From Fervidicoccaceae archaeon (GTDB lineage: Archaea; Thermoproteota; Thermoprotei_A; Sulfolobales; Fervidicoccaceae): 64,000 bases of DNA. Under the pieces are notes generated by a model. The model worked only from the letters and a program-made list of their open reading frames with translations. It did no database searches and had not been told where the DNA came from. Positions 30,680 through 40,311 of this stretch are shown here, in pieces; position 1 is the stretch's first letter; the number at the start of each line of letters is the position of its first letter. The stretch is taken from positions 1 to 64,000 of the forward strand of contig JAVYOA010000009.1 of the NCBI GenBank assembly GCA_038734945.1, written 5' to 3'. A program made the position numbers and the translations under genes.

Positions 30680-31647
30680 AAGAACCCCTCGGTTCCATCG
30701 GTGTGAGGATACAGCCTCAAGCACAACCTCACTTCACTTCTCAGAGGAACACCGTTGAATTCCTCAACTCCAGGAATATTGCTTGCTCCTTCCAATCTCG
30801 TCTCAAGAATCTCAATTTTTTCCTCTCTTTCCAGAGCCCTAGAGAGAACCAGCTCGTTCTCTTCAGGAGCTATGCTACATGTAACATATGCCATTATCCC
30901 TCCTGGTCTGAGAAGCTTATATGCTTTCAAAAGGAGCTCAACCTGATAGCTGCTCATCCTCCTCAGGTCTTCCATGGTTCTCGTAAGAAGCCTTTCCTTC
31001 TTGTATACTATGAGCCCCTCTCCAGTGCATGGAGCATCCAACATTACTCTGTCAAAGCTTCCCTCTCCAAACTTAATTTTAAGAATATCTCCAAGAACAA
31101 CTACAGTATTCCTCACATGCATTCTCTCTATGTTTGAGATGAGCTTGGATATCCTTTTCGCATCTACATCAACGCTCATTATTCTGCCTTCATTTCTCAT
31201 CAGCTGTGCCATATGTGTAGTTTTACCTCCCGGAGCGGAAGCCAAATCGGCAACGGATTCACCTGGCTTTGGGGAAAGGGCAACAACCGAAGCCATGCTT
31301 CCTACTCCCTGTATGAAGAAATGCCCCTGTAGGTGCTCTGGAGAAGAACCAAGGGAGAAGGGCTCATGTTCAACATAATAACCATATGGGACAATTCTCG
31401 ATCTCCTTAGAGAGAACCCTCTTTCCTCCATTCTTCTCACTAGCTCGCCACAGTCCCTCATGGTGAGCGTATTGCAACGAATGCTCCTGGGAATGCCCTT
31501 TATTGCTGCTTCCAGAAATGACTCTGCTCCCTCAGCTCCGAATAAAAGAATATATCTCTGGGCCATATAGGGAAGAACGCCGAATTTCCTCGAGAGCTTA
31601 ATAGCTTCAGCCCCTATTTTAACATCGAATATTCTGTCATATTCCAT
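30652..31647 (-). CDS. RsmB/NOP2/Sun-family RNA m5C methyltransferase
   Basis: IRCNTL, DLASAPGGKT, LDAPCTG, TCSIAPEENE, GFFI. Confidence 0.93.
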   Translation of the reverse strand: MEYDRIFDVKIGAEAIKLSRKFGVLPYMAQRYILLFGAEGAESFLEAAIKGIPRSIRCNTLTMRDCGELVRRMEERGFSLRRSRIVPYGYYVEHEPFSLGSSPEHLQGHFFIQGVGSMASVVALSPKPGESVADLASAPGGKTTHMAQLMRNEGRIMSVDVDAKRISKLISNIERMHVRNTVVVLGDILKIKFGEGSFDRVMLDAPCTGEGLIVYKKERLLTRTMEDLRRMSSYQVELLLKAYKLLRPGGIMAYVTCSIAPEENELVLSRALEREEKIEILETRLEGASNIPGVEEFNGVPLRSEVRLCLRLYPHTDGTEGFFICLLRRKE

Positions 31648-31679
31648 GAAGCTCGAAACACCATACTAAACATAATTAA

Positions 31680-33089
31680 ATGGTCGAGCTAATATCGTTG
31701 TTGAGGGTGGATATCTTGGGCCTGGATTTCTTCTTCCGGCCGAGGAGCATAGCTGTTGTTGGAGCTTCAGGAGATCCGAGCAAGCTAGGTCACGATATAT
31801 TCAAGAATCTCATTTCTTATGGAGGAAAGGTATACCCTGTGAATTTGAAAGAGGCAGAGGTCCTAGGAAGAAAGGCGTACAGAAGTGTAGGAGAAATTGA
31901 TGATGAAATTGACCTAGTAGTAATTGCTGTTCCAAGACAGCATGTTAGGGATGTGGTTAGGGAGAGCGGAATAAAGGGAGTTAAGGGGGCCATAGTTATA
32001 ACTGCTGGCTTCGGAGAGACAGGCGAGGAAGCCTGGAAAAAGGAGGAGAGGGAAATAGTTAATGAAGCGAGAAAGTGGGGAATTAGAATTATTGGACCTA
32101 ACTGTGTTGGAATCATGAACACCTCTGTCGGGCTCAACGCAACATTCATAATGTCGGCAAGACAGGGAAAAACAGATTTCATATCACAGAGCGGAGCTCT
32201 TGGAGCAGGTATTATCTACAAATTCGTGAAGGAGAAAGTTGGGATTTCAAGGTTTGTCAGCCTTGGAAACATGGCAGATATCGAGTTTTCAGATCTCCTT
32301 ATTGACTTTTCTGAAGACAGCGAAAGCAATGCTATTGTTCTATATCTCGAGGGAGTGAGAGATGGGAGAAGGCTGATTGAATCGATAAGGAAGGCTACAG
32401 AGAAAAAACCAGTCATCGTGATTAAGGGAGGAAAAGGGGCCTCATCCTCAGAAGCTGTATCCTCGCATACAGGAAGCATAGCGGGCTCCTGGGAAATATA
32501 CAGAGCAGCCCTTCGTCACTCCGGTGCAATAGTCGCGAAGACAATCGATGAAGCCTTCTCAATGGCAAGAGCCTTCTCGCAGCCATTGCCCAAAGGAAAG
32601 AGAGTTGGAATAATTACTAATGCCGGGGGAGGGGGCGTTCTTGTCTCCGATGAGCTCGAGGAGAGAGGTCTCCAAGTTCCCAGGCTCTCTGAGGGGACTG
32701 TAAGAGAGCTGAAGACATTTCTCCCACCTTTTGCTTCGTTCAGAAATCCAGTAGATATGATAGCTAGTGCCAGAGGGGAGGACTACAGAAGAGCAATGGA
32801 TTTAATGTTCCAGGAAGATTCTGTCGACATCATTGTAGCTATTTCAGTTGTTCCTACGTTCGGCGGAATTAGCAGGGATGAGCACGCAAAGGGGGTCATC
32901 GATTCCGTCAGAAAGTGGGGAAAAAAGAAGCCAGTCATCGCATTGTTCATGGCAGGAGACATAAGTTCTCCATCCAAGGAGATTCTTGAAGCAGAGGGGA
33001 TACCAGTCTATGAGAGGCCGGAGGATGCAGCAGCAGCAGTCTGGGCCCTTCATGAATTCTCCCGAATGAAGAGAGGCGAAGGAGCTTGA
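31680..33089 (+). CDS. acdA: ADP-forming acyl-CoA synthetase alpha subunit
   Basis: AVVGAS, GPNCVG, SQSGA, SSHTG phospho-His, TNAGG, NPVD. Start may be TTG 31716. Confidence 0.92.
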   Translation: MVELISLLRVDILGLDFFFRPRSIAVVGASGDPSKLGHDIFKNLISYGGKVYPVNLKEAEVLGRKAYRSVGEIDDEIDLVVIAVPRQHVRDVVRESGIKGVKGAIVITAGFGETGEEAWKKEEREIVNEARKWGIRIIGPNCVGIMNTSVGLNATFIMSARQGKTDFISQSGALGAGIIYKFVKEKVGISRFVSLGNMADIEFSDLLIDFSEDSESNAIVLYLEGVRDGRRLIESIRKATEKKPVIVIKGGKGASSSEAVSSHTGSIAGSWEIYRAALRHSGAIVAKTIDEAFSMARAFSQPLPKGKRVGIITNAGGGGVLVSDELEERGLQVPRLSEGTVRELKTFLPPFASFRNPVDMIASARGEDYRRAMDLMFQEDSVDIIVAISVVPTFGGISRDEHAKGVIDSVRKWGKKKPVIALFMAGDISSPSKEILEAEGIPVYERPEDAAAAVWALHEFSRMKRGEGA

Positions 33090-34969
33090 GTGAAAGAATC
33101 CTCATAGATCCTAATCCTCAGAAGCTCCTCTTATTGGGAAACGAGGCCATAGTCAGGGGAGCTCTGGAGGCAGGCCTTGACTTCTTCGCTGCCTATCCAG
33201 GTACTCCCAGCAGTGAAATCTTAGATGCGATGTTGAGCTTGGCAGATTCTGTTGGAATCTATGCAGAAGTCTCCGTGAACGAGAAGATCGCCTTTGAGTC
33301 CTGTCTGGGAGCATCGTGGAGCGGTCTGAGGGCTATGACCAGCATGAAGCACGTTGGATTAAACGTAGCAGCAGATTCTCTCATGAGCTCTGCTGCCATG
33401 GGCACAAGAGGAGGGTTCGTCTCAGTCGTGGCTGATGATCCAAATATGTGGAGCAGCCAGAATGAACAGGATACCAGGCTCTTTGCCAAATTTGCAAATG
33501 TTCCCCTAATAGAGCCTTCTTCTCCTCAGGAAGCTCTCGATCTCACTAAGAGGGCTTTTGAGCTCAGCGAAAAATATGGAACACTCATCATATTGAGAAC
33601 TACAACTAGGCTCTCCCACACAAGAGGGGACGTGAGGACCGGTTTCCTTCCCCAGAAAATTATTGAGGGAAAAAGAAGAGTAGGAGAGTTCAAAAAGGAT
33701 CCTTCTAGATTTGTTAGCCTTCCCCAGAACTCCAGAAGGCTGAAGGTAGAACACGCTTCTGTTGTTAAAAGACTAGAAAAGGAGGAAGGTGCGAGCTTCA
33801 TAGAACTTGAGGGAGATGAGGAGGCCAAGGTAGGCATTATAGCTAGTGGAACAGCATATGGGTATGTAAAGGAAGCATTGGAATGGATGGGATTAAGCAA
33901 AGTAAGAATCGCAAAGGTCCTCATGCCCTATCCATTGCCCAGAAATCCGCTCAAGGAAATTTTCTCTAATGTTGACAGGATCTTGATAGTAGAGGAGCTT
34001 GAACCTGTTATAGAGGAACAGGCAAAACTGCTTGCGTTTGAGGAAGGAATGAGAGTGGAGATTCATGGAAAGGACTTTGTACCAAGAGACTTTGAGCTCT
34101 CTCCAGAAAAAGTAGCTAAAGCAATCGCATCTTTCATGAAAAAGGATCTCCCAATAGACTTTGAGGAGCTGGAAAGCAAAGGGAAGGAAGCCTCCTCATT
34201 AGCTCCTCCAGTTCCACCAACACTATGTCCAGCATGCCCTCATAGAAATACCTTCTATGCTATAAGGAAAGCGGCGTCTCCTCGCTCGATTTTTCCAAGC
34301 GACATTGGATGCTACACGCTTGCCTTTTTCCCTCCTCTAAAGACCGTTGACACAACCGTTGATATGGGGGCCTCAATATCAATTGCCCATGGGATCTCGA
34401 GATCTTCCAAGGAAGAGAAGGGAAAAGCAGTAGTTGCAACTATAGGAGACTCAACGTTCTTTCATACAGGGATCCCTGCTCTGGCAAACGCAATAGCAAA
34501 TGGCTCGGATTTCATATTGGTTGTTCTGGACAATGGCACGACAGCTATGACTGGACACCAGCCAAATCCAGGAAGCACAGAGGGGACAAAGAGGAGACTA
34601 TCCATTGAGGATATAGCTAGAGCAATGGGAGCTGACTACGTTGAAGTTGTCGATCCTTATGACATTAAGTCAGTTGAGGCAGCTGTAAGGAAGGCAATGG
34701 ATGTTAGAGGAGTAAGGGTAATAGTAGCTAGGAGAGATTGCGCATTGAAGGTCATCTCCGACAAGAGGAGGAGGGGAGAAAGCTGGAATGTCTACAGAGT
34801 TAACGAAGATCTCTGCACGGGATGCAAAGTATGCATAAATGCCTATGGCTGTCCAGCCATCAAGTGGAACAGAGATAAGAGAAAAGCCTATATAGATCCC
34901 GAACTTTGCTGGGGCTGTGGGGGCTGTGCCCAGGTTTGTCCTTACAATGCTATAGAGGTGATGAAGTAA
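33086..34969 (+). CDS. iorA: Indolepyruvate:ferredoxin oxidoreductase alpha
   Basis: GNEA, YPGTPS, MKHVGLNVA, CPACPH, DIGC, GDSTFFH, C-terminal 2x[4Fe-4S] motifs. Confidence 0.95.
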   Translation: MSERILIDPNPQKLLLLGNEAIVRGALEAGLDFFAAYPGTPSSEILDAMLSLADSVGIYAEVSVNEKIAFESCLGASWSGLRAMTSMKHVGLNVAADSLMSSAAMGTRGGFVSVVADDPNMWSSQNEQDTRLFAKFANVPLIEPSSPQEALDLTKRAFELSEKYGTLIILRTTTRLSHTRGDVRTGFLPQKIIEGKRRVGEFKKDPSRFVSLPQNSRRLKVEHASVVKRLEKEEGASFIELEGDEEAKVGIIASGTAYGYVKEALEWMGLSKVRIAKVLMPYPLPRNPLKEIFSNVDRILIVEELEPVIEEQAKLLAFEEGMRVEIHGKDFVPRDFELSPEKVAKAIASFMKKDLPIDFEELESKGKEASSLAPPVPPTLCPACPHRNTFYAIRKAASPRSIFPSDIGCYTLAFFPPLKTVDTTVDMGASISIAHGISRSSKEEKGKAVVATIGDSTFFHTGIPALANAIANGSDFILVVLDNGTTAMTGHQPNPGSTEGTKRRLSIEDIARAMGADYVEVVDPYDIKSVEAAVRKAMDVRGVRVIVARRDCALKVISDKRRRGESWNVYRVNEDLCTGCKVCINAYGCPAIKWNRDKRKAYIDPELCWGCGGCAQVCPYNAIEVMK

Positions 34970-35580
34970 TGGAATACAATATAGTGATCGCGGGAATAGG
35001 AGGACAGGGAGTTCTAACGATTGCAAGGATCATAGGAGAAGCTGCTCTGCTGGAAGGCCTAAAAGTAAGAGTTGGAGAGATTCACGGTCTCAGCCAGAGA
35101 TTTGGAAGCCTGTTTGCTCATGTCAGAATGGGCAATAGTATTTACAGCGGCTTAATCCCGCTTGGGAAGGGAGACATGCTGCTATCCCTTGAGCCAGCAG
35201 AGGCACTGAGGCATTTGCAATACATGAAAAAAGGAGCAATCCTCATTTTGAATAGAAGACCCATCGAGCCTCCCCAAGTCTCCATGGAGCTCTTCAAATA
35301 TCCTTCTCTCGAGCAGATTAGGGCAATATCCTCAGAGAAGTTTGGCTTAAAAGTCCTTGAGCTCGATGCCAGAGAGATTGCCGAGAAGGCCGGAAACGCA
35401 ATTGCGCAGAACTCAGTTATGCTTGGTGCTGCCCTCTCTGCTCCAGGCATACCTATTTCAACGAAATCAGCAATCTCAGCATTGGAGAGAACTATCTCAA
35501 GGCGATTTGTAGATCTAAATATAAGAGCTTTGGAGCTTGGGATGCAGGAGGGAAGGAAGCTGCTGGAAAAAGTTTTTTGA
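34969..35580 (+). CDS. iorB: Indolepyruvate:ferredoxin oxidoreductase beta
   Basis: GIGGQG, EIHGLSQRFGS, EALR, N.VMLG. ATG overlaps the iorA stop. Confidence 0.93.
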   Translation: MEYNIVIAGIGGQGVLTIARIIGEAALLEGLKVRVGEIHGLSQRFGSLFAHVRMGNSIYSGLIPLGKGDMLLSLEPAEALRHLQYMKKGAILILNRRPIEPPQVSMELFKYPSLEQIRAISSEKFGLKVLELDAREIAEKAGNAIAQNSVMLGAALSAPGIPISTKSAISALERTISRRFVDLNIRALELGMQEGRKLLEKVF

Positions 35581-35643
35581 ATTTTATTAGCTTTAAAAAA
35601 TTTATTAACTTCCTCTTTCCAGATAACTTGAGTGTGATCTATA

Positions 35644-36378
35644 ATGGTCAAACCACCCGTTCCGATATCAGTCAATGAAATACCCTTCAAGGTAGAACTA
35701 ATAGAAGCATACCTCCATTCTTCTGAGGACCTTGTTGCTGGCAAGGAATATGTGCCAAAGTTATATACAACAAAGCAGGGAGACAAGATAGTTTTCAGGC
35801 TTGCCAAGAAGGAAGAAGCCCCAATAATTCTCAACACACTAAAGAAGCTGATGGATCCTCAATACGATAAGGATCTCTATCATCTGGTTGCTACTAGGGT
35901 CTACGGTGAAGTTCTCGCATGGGTGCAGTCAAGATATAAAGATGAATATGTCCTGATTGGAGTTCATGATGGAGAGCTGATAGGAGTCTGGAACGCGAGG
36001 ATGTGGAACAAGGACATAGCAATAAGCCTCCACAGCATCACGTTCAAGAGGCTGGGTGGCATTGGCACAGCAGGATATGCTGCTAAGGCGGAATATGCAT
36101 TTGAGGTCCTTGGAGCAAAGGAGTGGTGGGCAACTTTTGAAAGTCCGTTCGGATTCAGACTCGGAATGTACTTCAGGCATTACATGAAGCCCTATCCAGA
36201 GGTACAGCACGAGCTAGGAGGATCTCCCGTCTTCTACATGACAGCTGACGATTGGTTCAACTTCCACAAGAAGAGAGAGGAGCTGAAGCCATTCTTCGGA
36301 ACAAGGCCAGTTCCAGAGGATCTGCTGAAGAAGAGCTATGAGCTAAGGCCACCGCAAAAGATAGAAATAGAGATCTGA
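35644..36378 (+). CDS. Uncharacterised protein, probable GNAT (N-acyltransferase) fold
   Basis: FRLAK..E start, beta hairpin VHDGELIG, motif-A-like KRLGGIGT..Y, YAFEVLG. Intact aromatic-rich ORF. Confidence 0.6.
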   Translation: MVKPPVPISVNEIPFKVELIEAYLHSSEDLVAGKEYVPKLYTTKQGDKIVFRLAKKEEAPIILNTLKKLMDPQYDKDLYHLVATRVYGEVLAWVQSRYKDEYVLIGVHDGELIGVWNARMWNKDIAISLHSITFKRLGGIGTAGYAAKAEYAFEVLGAKEWWATFESPFGFRLGMYFRHYMKPYPEVQHELGGSPVFYMTADDWFNFHKKREELKPFFGTRPVPEDLLKKSYELRPPQKIEIEI

Positions 36379-36467
36379 GCTTAAGACTACAAAGCATAAG
36401 TTTTTTTAAATTTTCAGCCGGGCATTTCCTAAGCCAGAACAGATGATATGCTAAAAGAAACAACAAC

Positions 36468-37091
36468 CTAAAAGAGCTCTTTCAGCGCATTTTCGAGGTC
36501 TTCAGGTGTATCTATATCTCTCAACGTTCCAGGATCTCCCGTTTCCACACATAAGATCCTATCTCTGTATTTTTCCACAACGCTCTTCAGCCCTCTTCCA
36601 GCTTCGCTTATTCCTTTTATCTCGTTCTGAAGCTCAGGCTTGAATATAATAGGATGAGCATGTCTTCCATTAAAACATGCTACAGTAATTGGCATGCTGC
36701 TTAGTAGGTGAGACTGTATCGTCTTTTTGATTGATGCAGGACGTATGAAAGGAACGTCACCTGGGTGTATTAAAACGCTCTCTCCTTGATTGACAATTCT
36801 CATGCCGACCTTTATTGAGCTGCTCATACCTCCGCTAGCATAGCTTGAGTTAAATGCAAAGTATACACGAGAGAGATCATCTTGATGAACTCCATTTACT
36901 ATAGCACTGAAGACCCTTTCATGGTCTCTTCCGAGGACCACGATTATTTTCTCCAATCCAGAAGCTATGAATTTTTCAACCGTATGCAGTATGATGGGTC
37001 TTCTATTTACTTCATATAGCAACTTGTTTCCTGGAAACCTCGTTGAGAGACCTCCTGCTAGTATAATTGCTGCAATGCTACTTTCTCCCAC
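36468..37091 (-). CDS. Molybdenum cofactor cytidylyltransferase (MocA/YgfJ-like)
   Basis: ILAGGLSTRF..NKLL, GMSSSI..G, GDVP, HP, DIDTPED. Confidence 0.85.
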   Translation of the reverse strand: MGESSIAAIILAGGLSTRFPGNKLLYEVNRRPIILHTVEKFIASGLEKIIVVLGRDHERVFSAIVNGVHQDDLSRVYFAFNSSYASGGMSSSIKVGMRIVNQGESVLIHPGDVPFIRPASIKKTIQSHLLSSMPITVACFNGRHAHPIIFKPELQNEIKGISEAGRGLKSVVEKYRDRILCVETGDPGTLRDIDTPEDLENALKELF

Positions 37092-37974
37092 TTTTCTCCT
37101 CTCCCCCCTTCATGATCTGCTCAATCAATGAGGGAACAGCATTCTCCTGAACCCCTTGAGCACCCCTATCGATCTTCATAATTTCGGCCATAACAGCTAT
37201 CGCTATTTCCTCAGGCGTCTCGCTTCCAACGGCTAGACCAATTGGCGAGACGAGCTTTTCCTTGATTATTCCCGGATCTATTCCACTGCTGATAAGAGAC
37301 TTCAATATATAACCGAGCTTCCCCCTTCCAGCGAGGAGTCCCAGATATCTGGGTATTATGCCTTCCTTGAAGATTTTCTTGAGCACTTCTGCTTCTAGGT
37401 TCCCATCACCGTGAACAATAACTACAAAATCATTCTTGTTTATCTTTATCCTGTCGAGCTCGGTTAAAATATTCGAGGACGCATAGATTTCATCCGCATC
37501 TGGTATTTTTTCCTTATTGGCATATTGTGGAAAGTTGTCAACGACAATTACCCTGTAGTTGAGCATTTTTCCCAGCTTAGCCAGAGGCCTAGCCACATGG
37601 CCTGCACCTATAATAACCAGCCTCTGCACGGGCTTCAAAACATCAATGAACACATTAACAACACCACCGCATAGCTGTTCAGTTGCTATGACCTCCTCAT
37701 AAAGACTTTCTCTGAAAAGAGCCACCCTTCTCTCTCCGGGCTTTCTGGTCTCTAGCACCCTCTTGGCTTCCTCTATTACCTTTCTCTCGAAGTCCCCTCC
37801 TCCTATGGTTCCAATGACGTTCCCATCCTCGTCAATGAACATCTTTGTCCCCGGTCCCCGAGGTGCCGACCCTGCTTTCTTTGTTATCTCTATCATGGCA
37901 ACAAGCTTTCCTTGCTCGAGCCTCTCTAGCACCCATCTAAAGAATACAGGGTCACTTGGATACTCACCCATCAA
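37078..37974 (-). CDS. xdhC: XdhC/CoxI-family molybdenum hydroxylase maturation factor
   Basis: GSAPR, GTIGGG..E, CGG, GAGHVA, PIGL..GSETPEEIA. Confidence 0.9.
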   Translation of the reverse strand: MMGEYPSDPVFFRWVLERLEQGKLVAMIEITKKAGSAPRGPGTKMFIDEDGNVIGTIGGGDFERKVIEEAKRVLETRKPGERRVALFRESLYEEVIATEQLCGGVVNVFIDVLKPVQRLVIIGAGHVARPLAKLGKMLNYRVIVVDNFPQYANKEKIPDADEIYASSNILTELDRIKINKNDFVVIVHGDGNLEAEVLKKIFKEGIIPRYLGLLAGRGKLGYILKSLISSGIDPGIIKEKLVSPIGLAVGSETPEEIAIAVMAEIMKIDRGAQGVQENAVPSLIEQIMKGGEEKSGRK

Positions 37975-38824
37975 CCGGCATCACCTTGCACACATGCTCC
38001 AAGAACAAGACTCTTCGATATTTATATATGCTGTAGGCAGTTATAAGTCCTAGCCATATATATAAACCACTATCGTGCCCCCTTCTTAGTAACTGCAGAA
38101 AAAGATCATATGCATCCTGCTCATCTCCCCGCAGCAGGGATACGGCACTATCTAGGACTAGCTCATCCAATAAACCCATTGAGGCATATTTGATATATTG
38201 AGAACTGGCCCACGAGGTTCTTCTCAAAAGCTCTTTATCTATCTTTGGGAAATAACTCTCATCAAATGAAGCGCACTTTCTTGCAATGCTGAAAAGAGAG
38301 AGCATTCCAGCGAGAAAGTCGTCGCCAGAAGGAGTGAATCCACCTCCGGCTCCAATTATCTCTTTCAGAGCACTCCCCGAAGTTAAAAAGTCCCTGTTCT
38401 TGCATATCCTTCTCATTGTCTCGGAGCCGAAGAAATTGTTCCACGCAGTTGAGAGAACTACAAATGCTCCTTTGAGAAATTTGAAATCCTCCTCCTCAAT
38501 TCCTCTGCACTCCTCAATCTCTGGTTCTTTCTGTCTATACAGCTCAGCTTCCGTTAGAAGTATCTTAGTGCTATTGCCTCTTATGGCCTCAGAGGTAACC
38601 TCGAGAATTTCGCCAGGCAGGAAAAACGTATCGAGAGGAGATAAGGGGACATTTATGGTAAACGGAGATCTCCATCTGTGGGCAGAGATTAAAACAAGGC
38701 CATCGTCTTTTATGTTTCTCAAGTAAACAGTTGTTCTAAAAACATGTTCAATTTTGAAAAGGGAGGTTTGGAAAAAAAATATATGGGAACCATAGCTCGT
38801 TGCTTTGATCTCTCTCCAGTACAT
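37964..38824 (-). CDS. DUF2877 protein (YlbF/AllH/YahE-like)
   Basis: IGAGGGFTPSGDDFLAG and GHDSG motifs. Adjacent to DUF1116 and FdrA. Confidence 0.82.
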   Translation of the reverse strand: MYWREIKATSYGSHIFFFQTSLFKIEHVFRTTVYLRNIKDDGLVLISAHRWRSPFTINVPLSPLDTFFLPGEILEVTSEAIRGNSTKILLTEAELYRQKEPEIEECRGIEEEDFKFLKGAFVVLSTAWNNFFGSETMRRICKNRDFLTSGSALKEIIGAGGGFTPSGDDFLAGMLSLFSIARKCASFDESYFPKIDKELLRRTSWASSQYIKYASMGLLDELVLDSAVSLLRGDEQDAYDLFLQLLRRGHDSGLYIWLGLITAYSIYKYRRVLFLEHVCKVMPVDG

Positions 38825-38832
38825 TACCCTTT

Positions 38833-40098
38833 TTACGCTCCGTACTTCTCAACATATGCCTTGAATGCGTCCTTGAATAGCTCAAACGGAAACTTGACTA
38901 TCCCTGCTCCAACTTGCCCTATACCAGCCTTCTTGTGAGCTATCCCTGTATTGATTGTTGGAGTTATTCCTGTCTTCAGCACGTATCTGATATCTATTCC
39001 AGTTGGCGTTCCCTGGAACCCCAAGTAGGGTATTGTGAAGTATTTGTGCTTGCTATAAGTTATATTATACATGTTCTTCGTGTTCTCAACAGCGAACTCC
39101 ACCGAGCCGCCAACCCAGCTTACCACTGCAGGAGCTGCTGCCATCGCAAATCCACCAAATCCAGCCGTCTCGGTTATCGCGCTATCTCCTAGATCTGGAT
39201 TGGCATCATCCTGTGTAAATCCAGGGAAGAACACTCCCTTCGGAACAGGAGCTGGTGCTGTGAACCATCTATTTCCCAGTCCGCTAACCCATATTCCTGC
39301 ATCTGTACCATTTCTGGTTAGGACAGTGACTATAGTGCTATATTCTATGTTGTGAGCAGCCAACGTCATTGCTTTCGCTGAAGCCATTCCTATATTCAAT
39401 GTGAAGAAATTGTTATTCTTCATGAACTCCCATACTCTTGAGAACACATCCTTGGGCACATCTGCCCTCACGAGATATGTTGCTATTTCGTTCATGAACT
39501 TGCTAGTTGCAGCAACATATCTATTGTGGCACTCGTCTCCCATATGGAGAGCCTGCTGGATTATCGACTTGAAGTTTATGCCACCCTTATCCTTTCTGGC
39601 CTCATCCAGTGCTGCCTTCAGTGCAGGATAAAGTTCATTCCTCATCCAATTCAGCCTAGATATGACCTCGCTGTCATAAGCTCCATACCTGAGTACTTTT
39701 CCTATACCCTCATTATAATTGCTAAATGCTCTGTTGCCGAATTTTTTATCTTCAATAATATAGACTGGCATGTTGAAGGAAATAACACCAGCCATCGGAC
39801 CAACAGCATTGAACTCATGATTTGGTCTAAGTATTACTTCTCCTCTCTCTACAAGCTTTATTGCTTCCTCCTCACTTGATGCCTTCCCCTCATATATCAA
39901 AGCACCAATTATTGCCCCCTTCATCGGACCAGAAGCTCTTTCCCAGGTTATTGGGGGACCTGCATGGATTAGCATATCCTCTTTCAGACCAGGGATAGCA
40001 TCCTTTGCTAATTTTGTATCCACTAAATATGGCTCTGCTTCCATCATTCTTTCTACTGCCTTTTTGTTTGCCTCCTCAATTTTTTCCTTAAGAGACAT
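38833..40098 (-). CDS. DUF1116 protein (YlbE/AllG/YahG-like)
   Basis: HAGPP, AVGPMAG, EGIGKVLR.GA, MGDECHNR, RNG, GDSAITET, PTGID, INTGIAH, GQVGAG. Confidence 0.92.
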   Translation of the reverse strand: MSLKEKIEEANKKAVERMMEAEPYLVDTKLAKDAIPGLKEDMLIHAGPPITWERASGPMKGAIIGALIYEGKASSEEEAIKLVERGEVILRPNHEFNAVGPMAGVISFNMPVYIIEDKKFGNRAFSNYNEGIGKVLRYGAYDSEVISRLNWMRNELYPALKAALDEARKDKGGINFKSIIQQALHMGDECHNRYVAATSKFMNEIATYLVRADVPKDVFSRVWEFMKNNNFFTLNIGMASAKAMTLAAHNIEYSTIVTVLTRNGTDAGIWVSGLGNRWFTAPAPVPKGVFFPGFTQDDANPDLGDSAITETAGFGGFAMAAAPAVVSWVGGSVEFAVENTKNMYNITYSKHKYFTIPYLGFQGTPTGIDIRYVLKTGITPTINTGIAHKKAGIGQVGAGIVKFPFELFKDAFKAYVEKYGA

Positions 40099-40135
40099 TT
40101 TTCTCACGCCCCTCAAATTATGAACTTTTAAAAAA

Positions 40136-40306
40136 CTAGAGTAGATCTGAGAGCTTCTCCGCCAGCTCTTTTTCGAGCTTTGGCGGAGGCTGGTAGTTCA
40201 CCTGGACAGCCTTCACGCCCTGCCTCTTGAGATCCTCATAGAATATTCTTAGCCCTACATTTATTACTTTCAAATCTTCATCGAATAGTTTTCTTGCTTG
40301 AGACAT
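40136..40306 (-). CDS. Small 56-aa protein equivalent to the FdrA C-terminal module (not in ORF track)
   Basis: Translated by hand: MSQARKLFDEDLKVINVGLRIFYEDLKRQGVKAVQVNYQPPPKLEKELAEKLSDLL*. Preceded by AGGTGA. The INVGL..F...L..QG..V....PP pattern matches the FdrA tail. Confidence 0.82.
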   Translation of the reverse strand: MSQARKLFDEDLKVINVGLRIFYEDLKRQGVKAVQVNYQPPPKLEKELAEKLSDLL

Positions 40307-40311
40307 GCATA

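Noticed and set aside
35142..35837. 231-aa antisense ORF and the many other shadow ORFs in the track
   Set aside because: They overlap well-supported genes on the opposite strand or in another frame and show no recognisable motifs.
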